A stretch of DNA of 64,000 nt from Lytechinus pictus (Eukaryota), in the NCBI RefSeq assembly GCF_037042905.1, contig NC_087245.1:40922001-40986000 (forward strand), written 5' to 3'. The translations under genes were made by a program, and so were the position numbers. Under the pieces are notes generated by a model. It saw nothing but the letters and a program-made list of their open reading frames with translations, had not been told where the DNA came from and ran no database searches. Every line of letters begins with the position of its first letter. The stretch's first letter is position 1. Positions 26,428 through 39,332 of this stretch are shown here, piece after piece.

Positions 26428-27264
26428 CTGAAATAGGAAAGAAAATGAAATGAAGGCTTGATGCAACCTCTTGCAGGTTTCAGTACTTTACAATAAAGAT
26501 ACTGTTTGACAGATCAGTCTTTTAATTTAGGTCTACATAACACAAGGATTGAATCTGTGCTAGTATCAAGTAACAATAAAATAAACTGCTAGATAAATAC
26601 TGTCACGGTCTTCTATTTGGAAATAGGACCATTGTAATTTGGATAGGTCTATTACACCTCTATGGTTTTACTCCAGACCATCATTCTTCTATGTTGATGG
26701 AATAAAGTATTATACCGTAAATAAAATCGTGAAGAATCTGCTAATTGCTTTCAACCCGGGAATCAATTACTGAAGTTGTCAGCAATTACAAGTTTTCATC
26801 ATCTGACAGTTAAGGAAGACCCCTTTCTCAGTATGCTTCGAACTGGTTTGGACATTGCTTCCAAGAGCGCTTCCAGCATTCCCATCACTCGTTGCCTTGT
26901 TTCCACTAAACTGTGCTTCTCAACCAATTAAAACCAAGTGAAGTCATCATGGAAGGACTTGTCAGATGATTCATCCGACAAAGTCTCTTTTATCCAACAG
27001 TTACGACAGTAACAGTTGCCTCTCAGCCATTCAAAACCAATTTCATCAACATGTTCCATCCAACAAGTTGTCAGACCCGACAACCTACCTTGATTCTGAT
27101 TGGCTGAGAAGCACCGTTACTGTGGTAACTGTCGGATAAAACAAGACTCGTCGGATTTTCATCTCCTAATTTATCGGATGACAAATGATGATAGAACACT
27201 TTCCTGATCTGATGTTAAGGATGGATGCTTCCTCCCCTGGACAAATAAATGTCACATTGCTTAC

Positions 27265-27417
27265 CTGGAGTTGCGCGAGGTGAGTTGCCAAGGGTGGCGA
27301 GTGGGTAAGCTGCTCCCCTCCTGGCCAGCATACGTACAGGAACATTGTTACCCCAAGAGGATGATGACGTTGGGTCATCACCAACCACGCTAGAAGGTGG
27401 CAAATCCAGTTTCATAC
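27265..27417 (-). CDS. smo: Smoothened coding exon 10 (C-tail with W..ARRGA motif)
   Basis: GMKLDLPPSSVVGDDPTSSSSWGNNVPVRMLARRGAAYPLATLGNSPRATP; 153 nt; phases consistent. Confidence 0.9.
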
Positions 27418-27509
27418 CTGCAAAGTGAAAGCAAAATGGTCATGGCTCCTTCAGACATGGCATAACAATGCTCAACAACATGGCCAAGAAAAACATTTTC
27501 ATTACCACC

Positions 27510-27667
27510 TTCATCATCTTCACCATCACCATCATCAGCGTTTGACTCATCAAATGCATCGTCATCATTGTGATATTATCACCATCATCATGATCTTCAT
27601 CATTTTCATCACCATCACCATCACCATCATCATCATCATCATCATCACCATCATCATCACCATCATC

Positions 27668-27699
<32 letters not shown>

Positions 27700-27752
27700 C
27701 ATCATCACCAACATCACATCATCATCACCACCACCACCACCATCACCATCAC
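27510..27752. repeat. (CAT/CAC)n microsatellite in smo intron
   Basis: Direct inspection. Confidence 0.95.
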
Positions 27753-27767
27753 CAGTGGTCGACTCAC

Positions 27768-27919
27768 CTATTGCATCGTCATGGGATGCCGACTCAAAAC
27801 TGAGTGAAAGTCTGTCTCCATCATCATCATTACCCTTATCTCTCTTCTTGGCAAAGGCTTTGGCAATCATTTTGCTTTTCTTCAACTTGATTGGTTCATT
27901 AATTGGTTGTCTTGTCACC
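27768..27919 (-). CDS. smo: Smoothened coding exon 9 (proximal C-tail)
   Basis: VTRQPINEPIKLKKSKMIAKAFAKKR..LSLSFESASHDDAIG, with the conserved KKSKMIAKAF motif; 152 nt. Confidence 0.94.
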
Positions 27920-28316
27920 CTAAGAATTAACCAAGGAAAGTCAGCAAAGATCAATGAATTCAAATAATGTATTCAAGAATTCTATTTCATATAAGAAAAA
28001 AATTGACAGAAAGACCTGGCTAACGCCAAAAGATATCCTGCTATGACACTTGCACGATGTTTGGCTCCTGCACTGGCAGTTTTTGAATCATGGCAATTAG
28101 TGACAATGCAGGGCACGAAGTGCGTCCATGACCGCCATAGATCAGACTAGTTCATGCCATATTCACAACAAGCTTATATTTATATGCAATATTTGCATCA
28201 TCTACTCCATCATCCTTCAATAGGGCCATAAAATTTTAATAAGTTGAGTTGCAAAAGCATGTTAGGTTCAGAACTGGCCAACATTGAAAGCAGGGTAATG
28301 CTAGAAAATAACTTAA

Positions 28317-28905
28317 AGGGGAATCCAACCCAAATAAAAACTTGTTTTTATAAGAAAAAGAAAAATCAGACAAGTTGATAGGTGAAAGTTTGAACAATAT
28401 TGGACAAACAACAAGAAAGTTATAAATTTTTAAAAGTTGTAAATATTGGTAATCACTATACCCATGGAGACTTCAAATTGGCCGCACATGGGATGTCATA
28501 GTGATGTAAGGCAAGGACTACTCTTCCATGTACTCCAATACATATTATGGCTAAAATGTCATTTTTCCCAAAAGTTTTATTTCAAATTACATTTTTCTTT
28601 CATGAGGACATAAAACAATATACTACCTGGGTTATAATTAGATTACTGCCCCAGGGGAATGGGTACTTAGGAGAAAACCACAAATCCCTGATAATAAAGT
28701 ACATGGCCTATGGGAAAGTTGTCCTTGCCTCTTGTCATAATACCCAGTTGCCAATTTGAAATCTACATACTATTAATGATCTCAATTTTAAAGCAGCTAT
28801 AACTTTCTTATTGCTTGTCCGATTTCTTTCAAACTTTCACCATTCTGTTTAATTGATTTTTCTCCTTCCCAACACAACATTTTATGGCCAAGGCTGGATT
28901 CCCCT
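28317..28905. mobile_element. TTAA-flanked MITE, family B copy 2
   Basis: Near-identical to 5303-5902; TTAA on both sides. Confidence 0.85.
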
Positions 28906-29814
28906 TTAATAGAAAAAAGTTGTGATTGTGGCAATATTTGTGATACAATAAAGTGTATTTCAAACTTGCCATGTGTGCGCTGTTGAATTGTAGTTTATAG
29001 GGCCTATATGAATTAATAGAAAGTTTTAAATATCTGGTCACTTACATCTCAGGCCCGTAATCATAACTGGAAGATGCATGATGATGGACTTCAGCAACAT
29101 CATTTAAGCCCTCCAGTTATACAGAATTATTATTGTATTTTAATATGTGCTTAGATTTGTTATGTGTACGTTATTGTATTCCATTTGCTTAAGCATGCCC
29201 CACTTTGTGGAATAGCCTTCCTGGAGACATTAAAAAATGCACCTCTGAATTTTAAAAATCTTCTAAAAACTCTTTATTCAACTCTTAGCTCTTTTTGCGC
29301 CTTGACCACTCTACAGAGTGGATTTGGCGCTTTACAAGCCATATTATTTATTATTATTATTATGTTAGCTTTATGTTTGTAAATATGTTATCAAGTTTTG
29401 AAGTGGGGTAAATTTGGGGATTAACCTTGATAGGCCAATGGCCATTTGTTATACCCCACATCCTCCACACTTCATCTTTCAATATTTCTCTTTAAATATT
29501 AAGTTTAATGTATGATGTATTGTGTAATCTGTATTGATTTGTAAACTTGATCATTCAACTATTTTGGATGTGTTTTTAAAGTGATGTGAATAAAATTGAA
29601 TTGAATTAATTAAACTCTTTATAAAAAAAATCAAGGGCTGTTTGAATTATATCTTGCGGGATGCAGAATTGTTTGATTTGAGGTTCAACTTCGCACCTAT
29701 AAAATGTCACAATGGGAGCATCGTAAATATGCAATGTTTTACCTTTCACCTTCACAGTAAGGCTGGAAGAGCCATGTAAGATGCAAAGTTTTATTTTTAT
29801 CTTTTTTTAGTTCA

Positions 29815-30195
29815 ATTTATTCATTTTCTCACCAATATAAAAAACAATATACAATATGTACAAGAATGAAAAATGCATGTATAATAGAAAAACGGAAACT
29901 ACTGAAAAGTTCATAAGAACTTGTGAGTTGTAGCTCCCAATAAAACAAGGTAAAATACATATGAAAATCAAATGAAAAATATACACACAGCATCAGCAAT
30001 CACCATCATACATACAAAGGGGAGGGGGACAGTCGTGGTAAGTGTAGGATTAGGCAGAAAAAAATTACTTAGAATATTCACTTATATACACGCTTTTTAA
30101 CTTGGCTTTAAATGAATTTAATGTGGTTGAACACTTGACATTATCAGAAACATTTTGTCCATCTATACGAGGGCCACGATGCCTTAATGAATTAA
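29815..30195 (-). mobile_element. Degenerate LINE 3' end
   Basis: Minus frame SLRHRGP..VKCSTTLNSFKAKLK resembles an L2/CR1 RT C-terminus, followed by a UTR and an AATAAA-containing tail. Confidence 0.5.
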
Positions 30196-30599
30196 GTTGC
30201 ACCTGAAAATTTGAAAGTTGCACTTTTTATGATGCTCCCAGTGTGACAGTGGGCTGCAATTGTTAACAATGATAATACAAGAGAAAAAATATATAGGACC
30301 TGTATTTCATATAGCAATTTCATAGGATGATGGCTACTCCATACAGAAACCCACGTATCAATTTGAAATCTTGTATACGGCCAGAGATCATATTTAAATA
30401 TTAGGGATAAATGAGGTTTAAATGTTTCCCTAATAGTATTCTTCAATAGAATCATATCAACTATCATCATTTTCTGATTTAGATTCAGATATGCCTATCC
30501 AAAAGGGCTGGCAAGATGTTGAATTCTCAGAAGGAAATGTCTCTATATGACAGGAGCAGCAGAGATAAGACAACATGGACAAAGAAATGGTACAGAGAG

Positions 30600-31590
30600 A
30601 TCAGTATGGATGTGGGAATGGTTAGCTAGACGTCCATGAGTCCGGAAGTTTTGATCGGCTCTTGATGAAGGAGATGCATAGAGGGGCTATACAAATTATT
30701 TAAGGATAACCCCTGAACTGTTAAAAAAGAGATGGTTGAAAGGTGGAGTTTGCAACTTGCAGATTTTGTTTGTTTTCTAAATGAGTTATATGTTTGTATA
30801 TAATATGTATGTATATTAAATGTATATTATATGTAAGAGCACCCCTCCTTGCCTTACCTGGAGTTGGCAGGAATGACTTGGCGGTTCCGGAATTTTAAAT
30901 TTCTTTTTTTTTTCTTCAAGGAAACTTCAGGACTGCAGCGAGGAAGCTTTTTAAAATTATCTCATACTTTGTAATGGCCACACTCTATACTCTTTGTAAT
31001 GCTAAATAAATAATGATAACAATAACTTATAGATTCTCGGAGCACAACAACTATGCTTGTAAGTTTGCTCTGCTATTGTTTGGCCGACAAGGATGAAGTG
31101 CTCACATGTCCAAAGACAGCTGACGATTGGAGGGAGGTGGTCAAGAAGTATTGCACAAGGTGGGACTACCATAATGGTATTGGAACAGTTGATAGAAAAC
31201 ACATCTTGATCAAGAGGCCACCTGATGAAGGATCTTTCTTCTACAACTACAAAGGTTTCCACAGGACAGTGCCAATGGCTGCAGCGGATGCAGAATATAA
31301 TTTTGTGTACATCTATATTGGGGTAGAAGGGAGTACATCAGATTAGGGAACCATGGAACATTCTACTCGCACAATGCTGTCAAAGAGGGCTCCCTTGCCT
31401 CATCTTGACTCGGCTCCGAACGAAGACAACCCTGTGCCTTATCATTTCATAGGAGACAAAACATTCGCGTTGAAACTTATATGGCTCATGAAACTATCTA
31501 TACACTGATCCCAGGTTATCTTCAATTACTGGCTTAGCCATGCTAGAAGAGTGGTGGAAAATTCTTTCGGTATTCTGGCCAACAGGTGAA
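30600..31590 (+). pseudogene. Decayed PIF/Harbinger (DDE_Tnp_4) transposase
   Basis: GIGTVDRKHILIKRP..FYNYKGFH..GSTSD*, PYHFIGD, ARRVVENSFGILANR, with stops and frameshifts. Confidence 0.85.
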
Positions 31591-31607
31591 GTGTACATAT
31601 GTATGTA

Positions 31608-31985
31608 TGCCCACTCTAGGCCAACTGCCTCCTGAAAGCGATAGTGGACAAAGCTTCTGTGACGTCACGACTACGCCGCAAAGAATTTTACGGATCAACT
31701 GGTGGGACGTGTAAAGATAGATATGCCAATCATAAGAAATCCTTCAACCATGAGAGATTCAAAAATGAAACAGACATTTTAATTTAAAGTTCATCTGAAA
31801 ACTAAAAAGTAAAAACACTGAATATGAACTCAAATGGGAAGTAGTAAAAAACACAGACGAAGTGAAACGTAAGAGCAGAATCTGTAACCTTTCCCTTGAG
31901 GAGAAATACTTATTTTCATAAACAAACACACCCTCAACAAAAGATTGGAGCTACCGGTAATCACAAAATGCAGACACTCAGAACC
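31608..31985 (+). pseudogene. Decayed Penelope-like GIY-YIG endonuclease fragment
   Basis: Hand translation: CPL*ANCLLKAIVDKASVTS..FYGSTGGTCKDRYANHKKSFNHERFKNET..KWEVV..ICNLSLEEKY..LNKR..KCRH. Confidence 0.7.
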
Positions 31986-32487
31986 ATTCGACCGTGGAAA
32001 ACGGACCATAGCGCGCCACATGAAAAGAAAGTCACTTGGACATCAGACCGCCTGATGATCGCTTCTACACATGAAACCTCGGGTAGCACAGCTTTCAAAG
32101 TACGTTTAATGATCTACATGCTCCAACCCAAAGGTATTGAGCACTTTTCTGATACATGAACAGAATTTTAAATATAAATTTCATATGAAATAATTTTCTG
32201 CTTGTTCCATAATTTGATATCCATGTGCAACGGGTCGTGTCACGAAAGAGGATCCTCCCTGACACACACACAAGGTACCTGGATCATGGGGACAGGACCA
32301 GGCTCTACTCCATTTCAAATCTCTGCCAAAGAACACTTTCAAAATTCTTGCACAACATTCTAGTGTACCACATCGGCACATATTGTCCCGTATTAATACA
32401 CGAACAGTTTCCCCTTTGGCAATATGAACCGAGTTTAGAGATTAAAATTCATGAAAGTGTCATACATGTAGTAGCATATTATTGAGA

Positions 32488-32703
32488 AGTACTTCTCATA
32501 ATTTGCATGATCTTAGTACTTCTCATAATTTGCATAATCTTAGTACTTTTCATAATTTGCATAATCTTAGTACTTCTCATAATTTGCATAATCTTAGTAC
32601 TTCTCATAATTTGCATAATCTTAGTACTTTTCATAATTTGCATAATCTTAGTACTTCTCATAATTTGCATAATCTTAGTACTTCGAATAATTTGCATAAT
32701 CTT
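32488..32703. repeat. 27-bp minisatellite, 8 units (agtacttctcataatttgcataatctt)
   Basis: Eight contiguous units with no spacers; starts ~10 nt into the smo intron after exon 8. Confidence 0.97.
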
Positions 32704-32712
32704 AGGACTCAC

Positions 32713-32907
32713 TTTCTCCACATCCGCTTCCATATAGCCAGGGTGGCGGGGGTCCAGACCCACATACTCATGGCGATGCCGGCCCCAAACATTGAGAAGA
32801 GATGAACCATGACAATGGTCAGGTTGGGTCTGGTCTTCAGGGCGCAGGTAGGCAACGTGTCTACGTTGTCCACAAGCTGGCGCTCTAAGGTGACGTTTGC
32901 TTCACAC
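32713..32907 (-). CDS. smo: Smoothened coding exon 8 (ECL3, TM7, helix 8)
   Basis: CEANVTL..CALKTRPNLTIVMVHLFSMFGAGIAMSMWVWTPATLAIWKRMWR; 195 nt; gtgagt donor. Confidence 0.96.
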
Positions 32908-32939
32908 CTGAAGAAAGAAACGTTATGCAAGTTTTAAAG

Positions 32940-33150
32940 ATCGTGGCTATGTGGATAATTCTCCCGACATTGTACCACAAGGTCTGGGGTTCAAATCCCA
33001 CCTCAGCACCTGCGTCCTCTGGAAAGGCGTTAATCTACAGTTGACACTCTTCACCGAGGTATAGGAAATGGGTACACTGTAAAGGAATTGCCTAGCTACC
33101 CTGAACGTTCAGGGTAGCTGTGCAAAAGCCAGATAAATAGTATGCAGTGC
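32940..33150 (+). mobile_element. Diverged tRNA-derived SINE
   Basis: B box ggttcaaatcc and body ending aaatgggtac, related to the 2712 family. Confidence 0.55.
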
Positions 33151-33166
33151 TTGCCAATGTATTATA

Positions 33167-33396
33167 CAGTAATACTCAAAAGTTTATGAACCCCACCAGA
33201 ATACGAACAAAGTTAAGTGTTCCAAGTTCTGCCATCTTTTAGATAGTTGATTGTGAAGTCTGGTGATAAGATATTACTTTCAATGAAGTTTGTTTATCTG
33301 GGCTCGCCGGACATTGTAGTGTTGTTGTCTACATTCAACACTCAGCATGAAGAAGTGCATTTTGTGGTGGAGTTCACTAACTTTTGAGCACAACTG
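33167..33396. mobile_element. Tc1/mariner-type MITE
   Basis: ta|CAGTAATACTCAAAAGTTTATGAACCCCACCA..TGGTGGAGTTCACTAACTTTTGAGCACAACTG; CAGT/ACTG termini with TA on the left. Confidence 0.65.
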
Positions 33397-33639
33397 TTTA
33401 TGTTGCCTATTATCATCATCAAAAATAAAATTGATAATGATAGCATATCAAATCAAAGTTGCATGAGGTTAAACATGTATATATTTGATTTCCTCCAGTC
33501 ATTTTGATCTTGTGGGTTCAAATCCCACTGCTGCTACCATGCAACTACGAAAAAATAGACTAAACCATTTGATTTTCAACTAATTCAAAGTTGAAGCCCC
33601 TCCCTCCCTCCTATGCCTACCTACCTCTATCTGTCTGTC

Positions 33640-33904
<265 letters not shown>

Positions 33905-33930
33905 GATAGTAAATAGGTTAACATTCTTAC

Positions 33931-34039
33931 ACCAAGTAGTCTTGAAAGCCCTTCTCCCACTGAGCTTGGTTGGTGAACTCGTAGAGATGGCAGGCAAATG
34001 TGATAAACACAAAACCAAATGCCAAACATGCAAAGACAC
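33931..34039 (-). CDS. smo: Smoothened coding exon 7 (TM6)
   Basis: [37 protein letters not shown]; 109 nt. Confidence 0.95.
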
Positions 34040-34197
34040 CTAGAAAAAATGGAAAAGAGAAATAGTCACACACCCTTAAAAGGACCTAATATCATCTATT
34101 CATCGCGAAGTTTTAATCTCATTCTCATGATGTTTTGATAGTATCCTCATATCGTGAAGCCACAGCAAGAATGTCTTAAGAATATTCTTCAGATTAA

Positions 34198-34666
34198 GAG
34201 TCCGTTCTGATTACTGTCCTAAAACTAGTTTACTGAAAACTAATTTAGTGGCAACTAGTTTAATATGTAATGAGAAGCCCAAAGTGGTCTCGGAAGCGAT
34301 CTTCCAAACCAGTTCCGGAGATGGCTTTGCATCGTTAAACTGGTTTTAGTGCAAGTGATCAGGACACAACCTTTCCTCAGGAAGCGATCTTCGCACATTT
34401 TGAGTGTGTATAGTTTTTATGCTGCGATTTCAAAGTTCGCGCACAACATGTGTGACAACACGGAAAGCGTTCCCATAGCAACAAGACCGCTTTACGTGAA
34501 GTGGTTTTATTCACACATATTTAGACAGGTTCACAAGATCAAAGATATAATTGAAAACCATTATCGGGTGATCAGGTGGGAAGGCTAGCGAAGTGATCTT
34601 CCACACTGGTTTCCTGAACCGGGTTCCAGTAAACTAGTTTCTAAAGATATAATAAGAACATGGTCT
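34198..34666. mobile_element. Degenerate MITE
   Basis: Imperfect TIR including aaactagtttactg / cagtaaactagttt. Confidence 0.5.
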
Positions 34667-34886
34667 AAGATTACAGCTACGTAATATCGCGATGATAAAG
34701 GAATATCTCAACACTGAAAATTCAACAGTGAAATTGATTTTTGCAAATTATCTCAACATGAATATTGAGTTTTGATATGTTTTAACTGCCTGGTGGGTAT
34801 AATACAGTAAAGGAAAGCCATAAAACAAGCACATAATCGTTGCTCCACTTCAGCTGGAATAGAAAGGGAAAAGAAGTAAAAAAAAA

Positions 34887-35681
34887 AACAAGTGGAGCGT
34901 CTTTGGCAGTCTCACCTGCATTACGCGATTCAATACACCAGCTGTGCTGACTTTGAAAACTACTATATAATAATTATTCACAAAAAACACACTATTCATA
35001 TAATGATACAATACTACGTTCATTGACCCTAAGTGACATTTGACCTTCATCATGTGACCTAAAACTTGTAATACTTGATTACCCCTATGTCCACAGTTCA
35101 TAAACAATATCCATAAACTTTCAAAGTTATGATGGTAATTCAAGGATGTTCAGTGATACTTGATTACTCGTATGTCCAATGTTTATGAATCAGATCCACA
35201 AACTTTCAAAGTTTTGATGGTAATTCAACAAATACTCCCAACTTGGCCAAAGTTCATTGACCCTAAATGACCTTTGACCTTGGCCATGTGACTTGAAACT
35301 CAGGCAGGATGTTCAGAAATATTTAATACCCTTATGGCCACGTTTCATGAACTGGGTCCATATACTTTCTAAGTTATGATGACATTTCAATAACTTAACC
35401 TTACATGAGATTTCGATATTGACTCCCCCAATATGGTCTAAGTTCATTGACCCTAAATGACCTTTGACCATAGTCATGTGACCTGAAACTCAGGCAGGAT
35501 GTTTAGTAATACCTGATATACCTAATGTCCAGGTTTCATGAACTAGGTCCATATACTTTCTAAGTTATGCTGTCATTTCAAAAACTTAACCTTCAGTTAA
35601 AATTTGATGTTGACGCCACCACCGTCGCCGTCGGAAAAGCGGCGCCTATAGCTTCACTCTGCTATGCAGGTGAGACAAAAA
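34887..35681 (-). mobile_element. HINE-like element, copy 2
   Basis: Same subTIRs and tandem units as 10339-11496, with fewer repeats. Confidence 0.7.
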
Positions 35682-35840
35682 TCATGTAATTGTCAAGTCA
35701 GGACATTTCTTGAAATTTGACTGGAGCTGAACTTGGGAAACATGGAAGATCTATGTAAACATTGAACATATGGAATGATATATCAAAGATTAAGAAAATT
35801 AAATGCAATATTGTTCAGGCCTAATTAAGACAAATCTTAC

Positions 35841-35933
35841 CTATTCTGGCTATAGTTCCTTTGATTTTGGTTGATGCTTTATCACTCAATAAACCAGGAT
35901 TCTCTTTGTCTAATGTGCATAATGTTATCAAAC
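35841..35933 (-). CDS. smo: Smoothened coding exon 6 (ICL3)
   Basis: GLITLCTLDKENPGLLSDKASTKIKGTIARIG; 93 nt; AG/GT junctions. Confidence 0.94.
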
Positions 35934-36159
35934 CTGTGGCAATAAAATATATATATTACATAAAACACATGATATTTGCCAAAAGATTTATGCAATGTTT
36001 GTCTGTTCCATATTTACACCAGCGTAACTTGAGCACTTGATTTAAATTAAAGTGGATATGGAACCTATACCTTGTCATCATCTCCATCATTGTTAAAATG
36101 TAAAGTAGAATAGTGATCTTAAAGTGAGGAAGATAATGATGACGGAATAGATGAACTTT

Positions 36160-36500
36160 GAATGATGATGGGATTGGTGTAAGTGGTGGTGATGAAGACG
36201 ATGATGGTGATGATGATGAAGATGATGGTGGTGATGATGAAGATGATGATGATAGTGATGATGATGATGATGAAGATGATGGTGGTGATGATGAAGATGA
36301 TGGTGATGATGATAGTGATGATGATGATGAAGATGATGGTGGTGATGATGAAGATGATGGTGATGATGATAGTGATGATGATGCTGATGATGAAGATGAT
36401 GGTGGTGATGATGAAGATGATGGTGATGATGATAGTGATGATGATGATGAAGATGATGGTGGTGATGATGATGATGATGTTGATGATGAAGATGACCATG
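36160..36500. repeat. (GAT)n-rich compound microsatellite with higher-order periodicity
   Basis: Repeated gatgatggtggtgatgatgaagatgat..gatagtgat blocks. Confidence 0.95.
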
Positions 36501-37528
36501 ATGGAAACAAGGGGTCTGATGAACATGTTGATGGTGATGATCAAGATAATAATAATAATATTCAAGTTTTGCAAAGATGATGATAGTGGCAGAACTCCCG
36601 ACCGATAACTTGGAATATAAGATGATTTTTCTCTAATTAAAAAAATAGGGAGGAGCCAGCATTTCCCATGGGATTCTGCAGTAAAGTTTCAAGAAAAATA
36701 GGGGAACCATACATGTATTTTAAGACCTCAAAATGGTCAAAATAGCATATTCTTTCCTCCAAATCCAGAATGGATGAAAGGTCTGTAGTGGTGTTGGTTG
36801 TGGCAGCGATAAAATGGATGATCTTAGAAATGTTCATGATTAGGATGTAATCAATTAATTTATGCAACATGCATTAAGATTTAATCCAAGTATGCCATTG
36901 TTGCCACCAGGTTCCAGTTTCATAAAGTCTGCAATTAATCATAAATCACAAGTTACTGAAATCCTGCAATTTGACTGGCAAATATTTACTTTCTCAAACT
37001 TCTCAAAATCAAAGCTCAACAATTTAGAGTACAAAGTCAATAGGTTAAAGAGCATCAAAAGTCCTCTGATTGCATATGCAAGAGACAGTTTTCTAGTTTG
37101 AACTTCACAAAGGTATGATACATGTATTTGAGCACAAATGATGCAGTTTATCTCATTGCTTGTGAGCATGAAAAATCCCCTAATTGCATTTGCAAGACAG
37201 TTTTTTGCTTGGACTTCAAAGGTACATATTTGAGTATAAATGGTGCAGGTTATCTCATTTTTTTGTGAGCAATATGAAAATTCAACTCAGCTGCTGAATT
37301 GATTATTAATTGATTATTCAAAAGTTCTGGAAATGAGGCTCACCAGCCGATTTTTATACATTGTGTGACATTTCACATTGGTCCATATGGGAATTTCCAG
37401 GGATCTTGGGGCATTTCGGGGGCAAATTCTACCGCATTCCCGCATAATCTCCCCACCCCCTTGCTGGATACAAATTATAATATTAATGGTACACTAGTAT
37501 GGGCACATTCATTGCAACACTATCTTAC

Positions 37529-37652
37529 CCTGTACAAGATAGAAACCTCCAAACACCAAGCACAGCCCTATGGGTGATAGCACAAATCCAGCTCTGTAAT
37601 AGTGATTCTGGTAACCAACAAAACATATACCTGCAACAGAATCGCCATCCAC
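37529..37652 (-). CDS. smo: Smoothened coding exon 5 (ECL2, TM5)
   Basis: [41 protein letters not shown], translated by hand; ttctag acceptor, gtaaga donor; 124 nt. Confidence 0.95.
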
Positions 37653-38424
37653 CTAGAACAGAAAAACAAGGTAAAATAACGGATATGAAATAACCTACTT
37701 TCCCTTGATCAGTATTATTTTGATCAGCATTATTTGGATAAATATAATTTTTGTTAACTGCAACATGATCAATATTTAATTATTATTTTGATCAATGTTA
37801 TTTGGATGAATATTGTTGCTATTTAATTCAATGTGATCAAACTTCAATTATCTCAATTCTTACAAGTAGACATTTTGTACTTTGAGAGATAGTGTTTCAA
37901 GAAGAGTTAACCTTAATCCATTCCCTTGAAAGGGAAAGAAATTGTGTTCAGTGTCTTACTTCCACCTACTGCCTTTTATTTTGAACTATAAACCACTTAC
38001 AAATTAAACTGATAAAATATTGCATGGGTATGCTATTCGTTTGCAGCTGTTTATTTTTGTTTTTTTATCATTTCTCCTCAATATTTAATGCCATTTCCTA
38101 TTTCACACACAAAAGGAAAAGTATAAGAAGAAGGAGGGGGGGGTAAGTCTAATAAGAGGAGAAGCAGGAGGAGAAGAAGAAGGATGCAGCGAAGAAGGAG
38201 GAGGAGGAGAAGAAGGAGAAGGAGAAGTAAAAGAAGAGGAGAATGAGAAAGAGGAAGAGGAAGAGAAGAAGAAGGAGAAAGAGGAGGAGGAGAAGGAAGA
38301 GAGGACGGAGGAGGAGAAGGGGAAGATAAAGACAAAGAAGAAGTGGAAGGAGGAGAAGACGAAGATGGAAAAGAAGAAGTTTAATTTCATGTCAGAAATA
38401 AAAAGAATGAGTATCTCCCGTTAC

Positions 38425-38644
38425 CTGATTGATTGCTAGTATGATGACCACCAAGACAAACGGCATGGTCCACGATATCAGGTGGAAGTAGGCCGTTTTA
38501 CCGTGCAAAGGATCCTTGGGTGTGCCCAAGGCTCGGAAGGAGAGGTGCCAGGAATAGGCGAGCATGACAAACCAGAACACACCAGCCAAGATGAAGTAGT
38601 AGACGATGATGAATACAATAACGCAGGACAGGTTTTCCCCCTCA
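38425..38644 (-). CDS. smo: Smoothened coding exon 4 (TM3-TM4)
   Basis: [59 protein letters not shown]; 220 nt; phase consistent. Confidence 0.96.
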
Positions 38645-39159
38645 CTGGAATGAATGAGAAGAAAATAAAAAATAAGGCCATTATAAGCACACATAAACTG
38701 CACAAAAAATTGGTTAGATGTAATACTATTCAACACCAACCAGCCTAAATGTAGAGCTGCACCAACAGGTGTGAAAACTAAATGAAAACAAAGAGCAGTG
38801 TAGATGTAACACTACAGGTGTTGAATTTAGCACCACTGTTGGTGCAGTCCTACTTCAAGGACTGCACCAACAAGCGTGAAAAATAAATGAAAACGAATCA
38901 TTTAAAATCAAATCAAATCTAATACAATATAAATACCGTGACACAACATTCACTCCTGAGACATTTGCTCCTGTCTATGTATCTCATAGGGCATAGGGTG
39001 AGAGTTAGGATTGTAATCGAGTTTTTGATTCAGAATAATGAAAAGATTAGGATTAGGCTTTATTTGATTTGAGGTTATATTTTATGTTTGGCTTAACGTT
39101 TCCATCGGAGCAATTGTCGCCGGAGCAAATGTCATTGAACCAAAAAACAGACTACTGAC

Positions 39160-39332
39160 CTTGGTTCAGCCAATCTCATGGTGCCATCATGACGGCATAC
39201 GATATCGTCCCTGGCGCCGTCTGAGAACTGGGCTAGGAATCCAATGCTACCGAGGAAGAAACATCCATTCATGTAAAACAGGATCACCGCTGGATACTTG
39301 CTGGAATTCTTCCAATCTGCAATGAAAGTGCA
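39160..39332 (-). CDS. smo: Smoothened coding exon 3 (TM2, ECL1)
   Basis: [61 protein letters not shown] junctions; 173 nt. Confidence 0.96.

Noticed and set aside
27425..27967. His/Ile-rich and poly-Met ORFs
   Set aside because: (CAT)n repeat; only 27768-27919 on the minus strand is a real exon.
32479..32805. Repetitive ORFs (RSTKIMQIM etc.) and CRISPR-like periodicity
   Set aside because: They are translations of a 27-bp minisatellite; no unique spacers, no cas genes, eukaryotic intron.
35956..36608. Asp-rich, Ser-rich, Met-rich and Ile-rich ORFs
   Set aside because: Products of a (GAT)n compound microsatellite inside a smo intron; the smo exon chain is complete without them.
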